NCBI RefSeq assembly: GCF_035084215.1
Contig: NC_090349.1
Span: forward strand, 10,168,001 to 10,232,000
Direction: 5' to 3'
DNA: 64,000 nt
DNA from: Heptranchias perlo
Lineage: Eukaryota
Positions 1-10,109 of the stretch are shown here, piece after piece (within the stretch, counting starts at the first letter, position 1; every line of letters begins with the position of its first letter). Both the position numbers and the translations under genes were made by a program. The notes beneath the pieces are model-generated. The model did no database searches and was not told the DNA's origin. It saw only the letters and a list, made by a program, of their open reading frames with translations.

Positions 1-1097
1 ATATTAACAGTTCTGGTCTAACTACATGCTAATATTTCCCTTCTAGAAAAATACAGGCAAGTTTTAATAAATTGTCACCATGCCATTGCCCCATCGGAAT
101 GTCGAAAATATTGACATCCCAGTAATGCATAACCTGTGTACGTTAGTAGGTTATTTTGTCAGATTCTGGGATTTTGCTGCAACGTATGAGATAGAGTAGA
201 ATTTCTTAAGCTTTTCTCTCTGTGGGCCACATAAGTGCGTCGATGGAGCTTGAAGGAGAACAAAGTTTAAATGGATGTTCCCATTAATTTGCATATATCG
301 CAAGTTACTGATAGTAACAGAGCTTGGTGTTCTCATTAGGATTTCTTCACTAATCAAGCAACAGTTCCACAAACTTCCAGATCCACAACATCCAAACAAG
401 ACAAAACAATAAATAAGAAAATAATCACAAATAAGATTGGATTGCCTGAGCTTCAGAGGCCTAATTACGACCTTGACAATGTTAAGCGAGGGAAAGAGAA
501 CGGGAGACAGAGGAGGGAGAGTTACAGGGATGGACAGAGAGAGCACAGAATAAAGGACATGTGCGAATACAGGAATGATATATTGGTGCAACGAAAGTTG
601 CCAGACGTTTGCGTAAGAGGGGTAAGTCATCAAACAAGAATGGGAAGGAAAATACTCGTGTGGCCATGTAGGATAATAACAAGAAACTGCTGCATTTCAT
701 GACTATCCATTCATGTTGTTTAAGCATCGTTGCCTAATTCAAAATGCCGCCAGAGTCGATATTCAAGCCAGTTTCCGCTGTGTGACGTTTACGTGCCTAC
801 TGGGTCAACGCCTCTCCTGGCAGATTTACCAGCTACAGCCGTTGTGAAAACCATTTCCGCTCGGTCAGGCCTTCTTACAATGCATCACTCATTTCCTCGT
901 GGGGTACAACTATGGATAGTTTTTTTTGTCATTTGGTCGGTTGATTTGTCTGTTGTGTTATGTTTACTGCTTCCTGTAGCTTATGTGAGCTCTTCACAAA
1001 CGAAAAGTACAGCACAGCGATCTTACAATAATCAATAACGCAATAAGATAAGGGGATCGAGGCAGTAATACTGTATTCCACCACAATGTATCCTTAC

Positions 1098-1179
1098 CTT
1101 GAGGGTGATTGTACTGGAGTAGAATCCATGTGTAAAGCAGGGCAACAAAACTACCACAGTAAAATGCAAAAAATGCCAT
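1098..1179 (-). CDS. Candidate signal-peptide (leader) exon of a gene running off the left edge
   Basis: ATG-initiated hydrophobic MAFFAFYCGSFVALLYTWILLQYNHPQ-G ends at a strong phase-1 donor (CAAG|GTAAGG). No in-frame downstream exon was found in 1-1097. Confidence 0.4.
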
Positions 1180-2139
1180 AATTGCATTTCATTTGATTAT
1201 ATGATAAAGGTTGTAAGGTGTAACGTTTATTAATTTTTCTTCAAGTTGTTCGAAAAATAATTCTTATTTTTCAAAGTACGGATTGCGCAGCTGAAATAAC
1301 TGACATCAACGGAACAACGTTAGAGTAACTGCATATATATATTATTTGATTACTTCTGCATTCACAGTGAAAATTGGATGTCTATTTGTTAAATATAACT
1401 ACAGTATTTGCCTATCCTCTTGATCCGCTGTTTTACCAGAAGCTCACGGCAATGCTTATCTCTGAACAGATGCTGTCCAGGGTGTTCCCCTAACCTCAAA
1501 ATGGATACAGTTGCAGCAAATGGACTGCAGTAGGTTCGGAACCGAAACATCAAACATTCGCAGATGTCATTCGTTTTAAAATAATAATATTATTAGTAAT
1601 TTTTATGTATCCAAATTCTCCGTTTTATTCAATGTTCATATATATATATATACATATGAGAAGAACCTCGTCAGTGTTAATAAATTGGAAACTATAACTT
1701 GGAGAAGTTATACAGTGAATCACTTAAACGATGGTTTGTTCAATTCAAAAGCCAGATTTTTTGTGTGTGATGACCAATACACGATTTACAGCAATTATAA
1801 CATTTGTGTCGCATGGATTATTTTCGAGTTTGCACTAAACATCTAACCTAAACGTGTCACTTCTCTACCCTTTCTCTCCATCAGCGGAAGATCTGTGTTG
1901 ATCTATAATACCTTGTGAATGTTACATCAGGACATCTGTGAAACGGGATCAGATAGTATGAGGATTATCATTTCTGAGATTATTAATGCCTGAAAGCCCA
2001 GAAATTCTGCAACTCATTTTTTGGTGGTAATATATAAATTCAAGCAAAGTCCAGCATTGTCACAGCAAGGGAATATTTAGGGAAAGCTAACATAGTACAT
2101 ACTCATAACATCATCTGTGTTTCTTATCTATCCAGTCAT

Positions 2140-3200
2140 AACCAGAGAATCACCTACAATGGCTCTTCTTCTGGTTTCCCCACTGTTACCTCTGGAGTCC
2201 CCCAAGGATCATCTACATTTTGCCCCTCAGTGACATCATCCAAAAACACAATGTCAGATTCCATATGTACACTGACGACACCCTGCGCTACCTCACTATC
2301 ACCTCTTTTGACCCCTCCACTATCTCTCATTTGCCACACTGCTTGTACAACATCCAGTACTGGATGAGCAAAAATTCCCTCCTCCGAAATATTGGGAAGA
2401 CCGAAGCTGTTGTCTTTGGTCCCCACCGCAAATTCTGTTCTCTAGCCACCGACTCCATCCCTCTCCCTCACCACTGTCTGCAGCTGAACAAGACCATTCG
2501 CAACCTTGGCATTCTAATTGACCCTAAGATTAGATTCTGACCACATATCCACTCCATCACCAAGACCATCTACTTCCACCTCTGTAACATTGCCCATCTC
2601 TGCCCGTGCCTCAGCTCATCTGCTGCTAAAACCCTCATCCATGCCTTTGTTACCTCTAGACTCAACTATTACAATGCTTTCCTGGCTGGCTTCCCATCTT
2701 CCACCCTCTGTAAACTTGAACTCATCCAAACCTCTCCTGCCCCTATCCTAACTTGCACCAAGTCCCATTCTCCCATCACCCCTGTGCTCGCTGACCTTCA
2801 TTGGCTCCAGGTCCAGGCACGCCTGGATTTTAAAATTCTCATCCTTGTTTTCAACTCCCTTCATGGCCTCGCCTCTCTCTATTTCTGTAACCTCCTCCAG
2901 CCCTACAACCCTCCGAGATCTCTGCCCTACTCGAATTCTTGCCTCTTGTGCAACCCCGATGTTAATCTCTCCACCACTGGGGGAAATGCCTTCAGCTGTC
3001 TAGGCCCTAAGCTCTGGAATTCCCTCCCTAAACCTCTCCGCCTCTTTACCTCTCTCTCCTCCTTTAGGACGCTGCTTAGAACCATCTCTTTGACCAAGCT
3101 TTTGGTCACCTGTCCTAATGTCTCCTTTTGTGGCTCGGTAACGCTCATGTGAAGCGCCTTGGGACGTTTTACTACGTTAAGGGAGCAAGTTGTTGTTGAG
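2140..3200 (+). mobile_element. L2-type LINE, 5'-truncated and decayed
   Basis: RT remnants (GVPQGS, FHMYTDDT from YADD, LHWLQVQARLDFKIL) and 3' tail GTGAAGCGCCTTGGGACGTTTTACTAC...GTTGTTGTTG. Confidence 0.85.
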
Positions 3201-3761
3201 TACATTCCATCCGTTGACCATTCTACAGCAGAAACACCGGAGCGTCTAAATGAGAAAATAATTCCCTCGCGTGCGTGACGCTTTGCTTCAAATGAGTGCC
3301 AGCTGATTTAACAGAAACTTTATATTTTGGAGTTTATTTAATTTCAAATGAAGACTATATGCATTGATTTACACTTCCGCAAAACGGAAATAACACACTT
3401 AATTGTGTTTACTGAAAAATGAGTAGTTTAAATGTGCGTTAAAGACAGCTAACATTTATGTATATTTTTTCTTAAAGACAACGATCAGCATGAATGAATT
3501 AAATGATTAAAGTTTCTAAATACACTGTGCGGCTGCAGTTACAAATTCAGAGCAAAGAATCGTCTGAGATAGTTGATGTAAGTGGCCACTCTGTAAAATA
3601 CATTTGGTCCAAATTTCAATAAATATGCTTTCTACAATATTAAACTATTTGGTTTTAACTGAATGCAGCATCGATACCTAAACTAGAAATATCTCATGCA
3701 GTTTAAAAGGCCAATTCTGTGATCTGAATTGTCCTTACTTCCTGCTTTGAAACGTTGTGGC

Positions 3762-3884
3762 TGACGTAATTGGTTACTAGTTATCGGTGGTAGTCCAGTC
3801 GTCCAATGGGCACTTTCAGGAGGAAAGCAAGTTTGCATATCTAATGAGAAGGCGACATTTCATTTGTCTAGCCTTCGATATAAA
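3762..3884 (+). promoter_or_regulatory. Ig light-chain V promoter
   Basis: CRE-like TGACGTAA 3762-3769, CCAAT 3803-3807, octamer variant GTTTGCAT 3831-3838 (consensus ATTTGCAT) and TATAAA 3879-3884, which ends about 55 bp before the leader ATG. Confidence 0.75.
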
Positions 3885-3938
3885 GGACATCGAACAATCT
3901 GAAAGATAGCATTTCCTCCTTTCATCGGGACCTTTACG

Positions 3939-3987
3939 ATGGCAGCTGTTGCTCTTGTTCTCCTCCTGCTAATGATTGATCTGACGT
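3939..3987 (+). CDS. IGLV: Ig light-chain leader exon
   Basis: MAAVALVLLLLMIDLT plus 1 nt, donor T|GTAAGT (phase 1). Splices in frame to 4174, giving ...LTYTSA/QVKL. Confidence 0.93.
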
Positions 3988-4173
3988 GTAAGTGTCTTGG
4001 AGATATTTGTAATCGTTTTTACCATAAAGAATTGTTAAAGTGGATAAAAATTATGAAGCAAAAGCTTGATCCAAACCTTTTCTGATCTGAACGAAATGTT
4101 CTGTATCAGTGCTAAATTGTGTAAGCCCTCGTTGATAGGTTGATTTTTAATAACAACATATTTTTTTTTAAAG

Positions 4174-4488
4174 ATACGAGCGCGCAGGTCAAATTGATAC
4201 AACCAGATTCAGACTCCACTACACCAGGACGAACCGTTATCCTAAACTGTACAGTCCAAGGAATCAGCCTCTCAAGCAGCTATGTGTACTGGTACCAACA
4301 GAGGCGTGACAGTGCCCCAAGGTTTGTCCTGAGAGGCACCGATACAAGAGGCGACGGCATCCCAGACAGATTTACTGGCCGGGAAGATGAAAGTACCAAC
4401 GTTGGATATTTGACTATCTCGAACGTGGAATCGAAGGACGCCGCTGATTATTACTGTGCAGCATATGACAGCAGCAGCAGCAGCCTCA
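4174..4488 (+). CDS. IGLV: Ig light-chain V segment (lambda-like), unrearranged, open
   Basis: Acceptor T9AAAG|; QVKLIQPDS..VILNC..VYWYQQ..APRF..GIPDRFTG..LTISNVESKDAADYYC. Canonical Cys, Trp and Cys present with no stops. Confidence 0.96.
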
Positions 4489-4527
4489 CACGGTGGCAGA
4501 TCCACTGGCTCCTTCAATACCAAAATT
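4489..4527 (+). other. V recombination signal sequence, 23-bp spacer
   Basis: Heptamer CACGGTG 4489-4495, 23-nt spacer 4496-4518, nonamer ACCAAAATT 4519-4527. Confidence 0.9.
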
Positions 4528-4713
4528 CTCCACAGAACGACCTCTAGGATTTACATGGACTACTGACATTGTGGTCAGCAGCTGACCCAGTTACTTTACC
4601 TTTATGATTCTCTCTTGTTATTACTATTTTTTTTAAGCTGGTATAAGAATGTTTGTACCCACCAAGTATGAATTCGTCCTTCCATGGACCTCCCCTGAGT
4701 TGCACAGTTGGAA

Positions 4714-4741
4714 CGGTTTTATACGGCGCTGTACCACCGTG
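4714..4741 (-). other. J recombination signal sequence, 12-bp spacer
   Basis: Plus strand reads CGGTTTTAT (4714-4722), 12 nt, CACCGTG (4735-4741). The nonamer register could shift by 1 nt (GGTTTTATA, 11-nt spacer). Confidence 0.88.
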
Positions 4742-4780
4742 GGTGGTACTTCGGTAGCGGGACCAGGCTGAATGTTCTGG
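4742..4780 (+). CDS. IGLJ: Ig light-chain J segment
   Basis: WYFGSGTRLNVL-G contains the FGxGT motif and ends at phase-1 donor G|GTAAGT. Confidence 0.96.
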
Positions 4781-5175
4781 GTAAGTGACATATTTATCCT
4801 TCATAAAGTAAATTGCTTGTAAGATGGCGAATTTAAATGCGGAGTTTACATTACTTTGTTCTTTTTTCAACTAAGTTATTCTTTCCGAGACCCGACCAGA
4901 CCCCGAATGGCCTAATTTAGCTGCTTTCAAACACGAATCAAACTATACTCAGACACTTCCGTTGGTCTTTTCAATGAAAAGTGCCAAATTGAAATTCTAT
5001 AAAAAAGAATAAGTCCATATCCAATATACTTTCGATGTAACCGTTCCCCTTTGTTAGCTGTGCCCTGTGACAGAATCAGGGTGTAAAAGCGGCTTATCAG
5101 TGGAGGACGCAATACTAAGCAATCTTAGCCACTTTCCAAAACCCCTTCTTCGTGCTCCCCAATACGCAATGTACA

Positions 5176-5241
5176 TATTTGGACTATAACCTGGTGTTGT
5201 AAGATTCCTTACATTTGTCCACCCCAGTCCATCACCGGCAT
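5176..5241. repeat. Short Penelope-like repeat fragment (related copies at about 33780-33870 and 46191-46317)
   Basis: GGACTATAACCTGGTGTTGTAAGA...CCCCAGTCCATCACCGGCAT is the reverse complement of the sequence at 46203-46264. The family assignment is from recall. Confidence 0.5.
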
Positions 5242-5988
5242 AGATAGACCCGAACTGTTGTGAACCGAAACGTAACTTACAGCGTGAAATGAATGGGCTG
5301 TAGTGTACATAGGGGCTAACAATCTATCCTTTTATCACCAACAAATGGCATGGTAATGCCACTGTACATTCGGGTCTCTTCCCTAGGCAGAAAAGCACCA
5401 TGCTATCGGACTATGTGGTTCAGGCTAAAACTCTTCATTGATTTTAAGACAGACAGGTATTGCAGAAGGAACAATTAACCTGCAGATAAAATATCAGTGC
5501 AGGACTTAACTTTCCCTGATACTTTTAACCATTTCCAATACTAAATTCTTACGAAGTCCCTTTTTGGAGTCCTTACAACTGTTTCCCAGAAATCAATAAC
5601 GTGGGCAAGTCTAGCTCCAAGGAGTTCCATCTGACCGTGGGAGGCTGGAAAATGTTAATTCGAGAAATGGCCAATGGCTTTTGTAATTGTACTGGGTCCA
5701 GGCAACTTCTGATACGTCAGTTCAAACCAGTCTTTTACTCGTATTACAAGGCTCTTTCAATTAGCCCAGATCTTTTCTCAGCAGGCGGTTAATCATTAGC
5801 ATTTATTTCTATCACGGGCTGAATGGAAATTGGTAAATTGGCTGTTTGATGAGTTTTTTTTACATCAAAATGCAACCAAACCCCATTGGAATGTCACGTC
5901 AGGGCAGCCTTTTATGAATCAATATCCTCAACCACCCGCCCCACTTCATCCTATTGCCCACAGACCGTATAGAATTTCTGTGGCAATT

Positions 5989-6126
5989 GGGGTAGAATTT
6001 CCGCGGAGTTTGTCCGATCTCCGCCTTAACCTCGGCGGAAGTTCAACGGAAAAGCCGTAAACGTTTCTCCGGCACTTATGCCGATCCTGCACCGACGTTA
6101 AGGCGGGAGATCGGGGCAATTCCAGG
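5989..6126. repeat. GC-rich MITE-like repeat (relatives at about 21715-21875 and 36688-36750)
   Basis: GGGGTAGAATTTCC terminus, internal imperfect dyad symmetry and shared CCGATCTCC/AAACGGCGT words. Confidence 0.5.
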
Positions 6127-6837
6127 TGAATGACTCCAGACAAACGCTAATAATTGTGCCACAAGCGAAAAGGACAAAGGAACGTGTAACAGAAGCAGCA
6201 ACTATCACTGTTTTGAATACAAGAGGCCTGGCCTAGCTACAATTTAAATAAAAGGATATAACAGACATTTTATAATTGAAACAGAATAAACCTCATTCCG
6301 TCACTGTTCCTCTCGGGCAAAACGTGCAGATTTCTTTTTCTTAATGCAAGATCAATCTGACATAGCCAATCAGTTAAAGCTCGAGGAAAGCTTCACACTG
6401 TCGCCCTTTTTTTCCTGAATGGCAAAAAATTTCCTAACTTTTTTCCTGCTTCTCAGACACATACCGGTGAGAGGCAGTTTTGTTATTTATCTATTGAGGT
6501 AGCTGTCAGCTCATAAAGATACCTCATTGCTGAAACCAATGTATCCAGCTTTCTCGGTTCTCTCAGCTCCTCTGCAAAGTTTCTTTTAATGCGAATTATA
6601 ATAACCGTGTTTGAAAAGTGTTGGCGAATCCCACCGTTCAAAAGCATTGCATTGCTCGTACAAGGCTGATCGTTGGCGTAACCAAAATCCGCCACTAAAG
6701 CAATACGGGCTGTGTGGCAGCGGGAAAGATTTGAAGCTTCATCCACAGGTTAATCTTCCTGCGACAGCACAGGGGCTTTTTAAAATCTGTAATGTTGATG
6801 GGGCAAAACCGATTCTTGGATTCTCTTCTACGGTAGG

Positions 6838-7021
6838 TGTCGAGTTTCCGCCGGAATTGTCGCCGTTTCAGCGGCACTTTCGCAGGACGAACGGGGACAA
6901 CCCCAGCGAAAATTCACCCCTACACCCCAGTAACTTATGCGAAGGTTCTCCTGATCTCCCGCTGTGATTTCGGTCGAAATTAGGGCGAGAGACTTGGGCA
7001 ACCGCCAGGAAATTCAACCCT
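6838..7021. repeat. MITE-like repeat, copy 1 of a near-identical pair in the J-C intron
   Basis: About 170 bp nearly identical to 8058-8225 (GAGTTTCCGC.GGAATTGTCGCCGTTTCAGCGGCACTTTCGCAGGACGAAC...CTTGGGCAACCGCCAGG). Confidence 0.75.
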
Positions 7022-8051
7022 TAGCAGAATTTGACAGTAGTTGTATGATTCGAATGGATAGTGTCCCATGCAGCTTGCTTAGGAATTTTCTACATTTCCT
7101 GGCCAGTAGGTTGCATTTGAACATATTACTGTGCGGGTACTGAGTTAAAGAGCTTGGCCCTGAAATTACACCATGGGATATTAGCAGTAGAAAATCTCTG
7201 CGCTATTTTAGCGGAGGTGTTAACCCAAATATTTTTAAAAGGCGAGCGACTCCGCTAAAGCAACCGATGGAGGAATTTCAAACGAACGCATTAAAAGCAT
7301 TTCTCCTGGACCTGCGAGAGACAGAGGCAGCCATACATAATTGAAAAATCCGCTCTAGGTAACTATTGCAAACATTTTACAGAGATTGCTGCCAGTAATC
7401 TTAGTGGACATTCATCAAACTCATCTTAGCGAACTGAACAATGCATAGAAAATTCAGTCTAGAACACATAATAATGATAATAACTTAAAAGATTTCAGAC
7501 CCTTAAAGGATACGATATTTATAGTATTCTTTGATCAAAACCACTAAGAACACATTTGTTACAATTTACGTTATGTTTTTGCCGAAGCCTTTGGAAAACT
7601 GGAAACCAACGCTCAGGACAATTCTGAATTGGTGTCTATGATTATATCACATGCTGAAGCAATCCTTGAGTTAATTGTTCATTCAACGTCAGACTGATGA
7701 AGAATTCTATATAATGCGCAATTAATAATGATTGCAGATGTCTATAAAAGTCTGGCCATACAATAAAATTAATTAAAGGATATATAACAAGGTTAACAGG
7801 AATAATACAGTAAAGCACAAAGGATTTCCCTCATGTCAGTTTAAACTGCCTGGACTAAATGTATATTAAATGAGCAATGTAGAGGGAATTTGCATCAGTT
7901 TTCAAACAATGCTAGGCCTGAGGAAAGTAAAATGAAACACACCTTCAGAAACGGGACAGACATGTTTAAAATAACATCGCTGCGGTAGAAACGAATTTTC
8001 TGCTTGAAATGTTTCACAGAAATAATCAAAGTGTTCATCGGGAAACTGGCA

Positions 8052-8225
8052 GGGGTTGAGTTTCCGCAGGAATTGTCGCCGTTTCAGCGGCACTTTCGCA
8101 GGACGAACTGGGAGAACCCCAGGGAAAATTCACCCCTAAACCCCAGTAACTTATGTGAAGGTTCTCCTGATCTCCCGCTGTGATTTCGGTCGAAATTAGG
8201 GCGGGAGACTTGGGCAACCGCCAGG
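8052..8225. repeat. MITE-like repeat, copy 2 in the J-C intron
   Basis: Direct repeat of 6842-7009. Confidence 0.75.
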
Positions 8226-8488
8226 CAGCATGGGCCCCGGGTGTAATAATCTTTTTCCTATTCATATTCCTATGTTCTGCTTGCACACGCTGTCAGTTGT
8301 ATCAAAGAACCATCTATGCGTCCAGGTGCAATTACTTGGAAAGGTAATGACGCGTAGGTACAGGACCCACACACCGCAACACGTTGAATCACACACATTC
8401 CGTATTTAAATGGTGTAGTTAAAACATAATTCAAATACACTGGTCTTTGTAAATCAACCCAGAATTAATGCGATCCTTTCTCTTTTAG

Positions 8489-8814
8489 GTCGTCAGCCAG
8501 CCAGTCCCACTATGTCGCTTCTTCCTCCAGCAAAGGATCAGATCGCAGCCAACGCGGCGACCCTGGTGTGCTTGGTGAATAATTTTTACCCGGATTCTGT
8601 GAAACTTGTGTGGAGTGTTGACGGCAAAGTCAGAGACGCGGGCGTCCAGACCAGTCCGACCTTACAGGACTCTGACCAGACGTTCAGTGTGAGCAGTTAT
8701 CTGACCCTTTCTGCCTCCGAGTGGAACTCACACGAGCTTTACTCTTGCGGGGTTAAACACGAAGCTCTCGGATCCAAACTTGAACAAAGTATCAGGCGAT
8801 CAAGCTGCCTGTGA
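8489..8814 (+). CDS. IGLC: Ig light-chain constant exon (lambda/type II-like)
   Basis: Acceptor CTTTCTCTTTTAG| (phase 1, in frame with J). GRQPASPTMSLLPP..ATLVCLVNNFYP..VWSVDG..FSVSSYLTLSASEWNSHELYSCGVKHEAL..RSSCL*: a C1-set domain with the penultimate interchain Cys. Confidence 0.96.
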
Positions 8815-9040
8815 TTAAGAAATGAAATGTATTTAAAATAATCTTCTAACGCATCTGTATTACTGTTTAAAAGAACTAGTGGGTTTTTCTTGTTTTGAAA
8901 CTCATCCAATGAAATATCCATTTTGATGTTGATTCTTTTTTTTAAAATAGTGATACCCTTTTTGCTTTTTGCATGTACGTTTTACCAATACATTTGTGTG
9001 AAATGTATCAGTGATGTCTTACTTTTAGTCCTGAAGAAAT

Positions 9041-9046
9041 AATAAA
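9041..9046 (+). terminator. Probable poly(A) signal of the IgL transcript
   Basis: First AATAAA after the C-exon stop, about 230 nt downstream. Confidence 0.65.
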
Positions 9047-9515
9047 ATATCAAATACAATATGTTGCAATCCATTATAACGTGATGGCCAAATTCATGAT
9101 GAAAAATACTCACCTGTCTATCTCAGTACTGACCTGATGTATATCTCCAGTGCTTTCTGTTTTTATTTCAAAGATATACAATAGTTTTATACATTGGGTT
9201 CCCGATGTTATCCTACACGTTCTTCTCTCCCCCGACTGGGAGAAAGGGTTCACCGGTACTAGTGAAAATACATAAAAACTTCATCAAACATTTAATAGAC
9301 ATTTTTGGCTTTTACACAACAAAAATTAATTTTTGGGTCTCTTGGTGGAAGTCAGGCAGATCCATGAGAGGAAGAGCTGGCAGAGGATTAGAGCTTTTAT
9401 ACTGCTGGCAATTCCGGGGAATTCCGTGCTCCCTGAGCTGGGATTACTTTTTAAATATTGCAGTTCATGCTGTAATACTGCAAGGTCCCCCATATTACAG
9501 TAATGATATTTCTCA

Positions 9516-9589
9516 GAAGTTGAGTACTTTATTACTGGAATATTAAATATATATATATTTAATATTCCAGTAATAAAGTACTCAACTTC
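9516..9589. repeat. 74-bp perfect AT-rich palindrome
   Basis: The 37-bp arm GAAGTTGAGTACTTTATTACTGGAATATTAAATATAT is followed by its exact reverse complement, centred on an (AT)n run. Confidence 0.92.
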
Positions 9590-9709
9590 CAATATATATA
9601 TATATATATATTTAAAGTTCCTGCTTTAAAAAAAACTTTCTATTTTTGCTGTTTGAACATTGACATTCTGTGTTAATAATGCTCTATAAATTGACTTGTT
9701 TGTATCAAT

Positions 9710-10108
9710 GGAGCAACTGCGTCAACACTCTTGCCTCTGAGTCAGAATGTTGTGGGTTCCAGCTCCCCGGAACAGTTTGAACACATATTCTCGGCTGACA
9801 CATCAGTGCAGTACTGGGGGAGTGCTACACTGTTGGAGGTGTACTTTTTCAGATGAGATTTTAAACTGAGATCCCGTCTGCCCCCTCAGCTGGATGTAAA
9901 AGATCCAACAGCACTTTTCAAAGAAGAACAGAGTTCTTCCAGATTCCTGGCCAACATTTCGCCCTCAACCAACATCATTAAAAGCAGATTATCTGGTCGT
10001 TTATCTCATTTATCTCATTGCTGTTTCTGGGCGTTGGCTGTGTGGAAATTGGCTGCCAGGTTTCCCTACATTACAACAGTGCCTACTGTTCAAAAGTACT
10101 TAATTGGC
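9710..10108 (+). mobile_element. tRNA-derived SINE, Deu-domain type (SacSINE1/AmnSINE1-like)
   Basis: tRNA-like head (CTTGCCTCTGAGTCAGAA.GTTGTGGGTTC), core GGATGTAAAAGATCC...CCTGGCCAACATT...CAGATTATCTGGTC and TTTCCCTACATTACAACAGTG. Confidence 0.75.
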
Positions 10109-10109
10109 C

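Noticed and set aside
436-627. Plus-strand frame ending at GG|GTAAGT (ORF 442-702)
   Set aside because: Purine-rich, low-complexity translation, poor acceptor, and no recognisable domain or partner exon.
4528-4713. Possible D segment between V and J
   Set aside because: No internal RSS pair was found, and the V23/J12 signals already satisfy the 12/23 rule.
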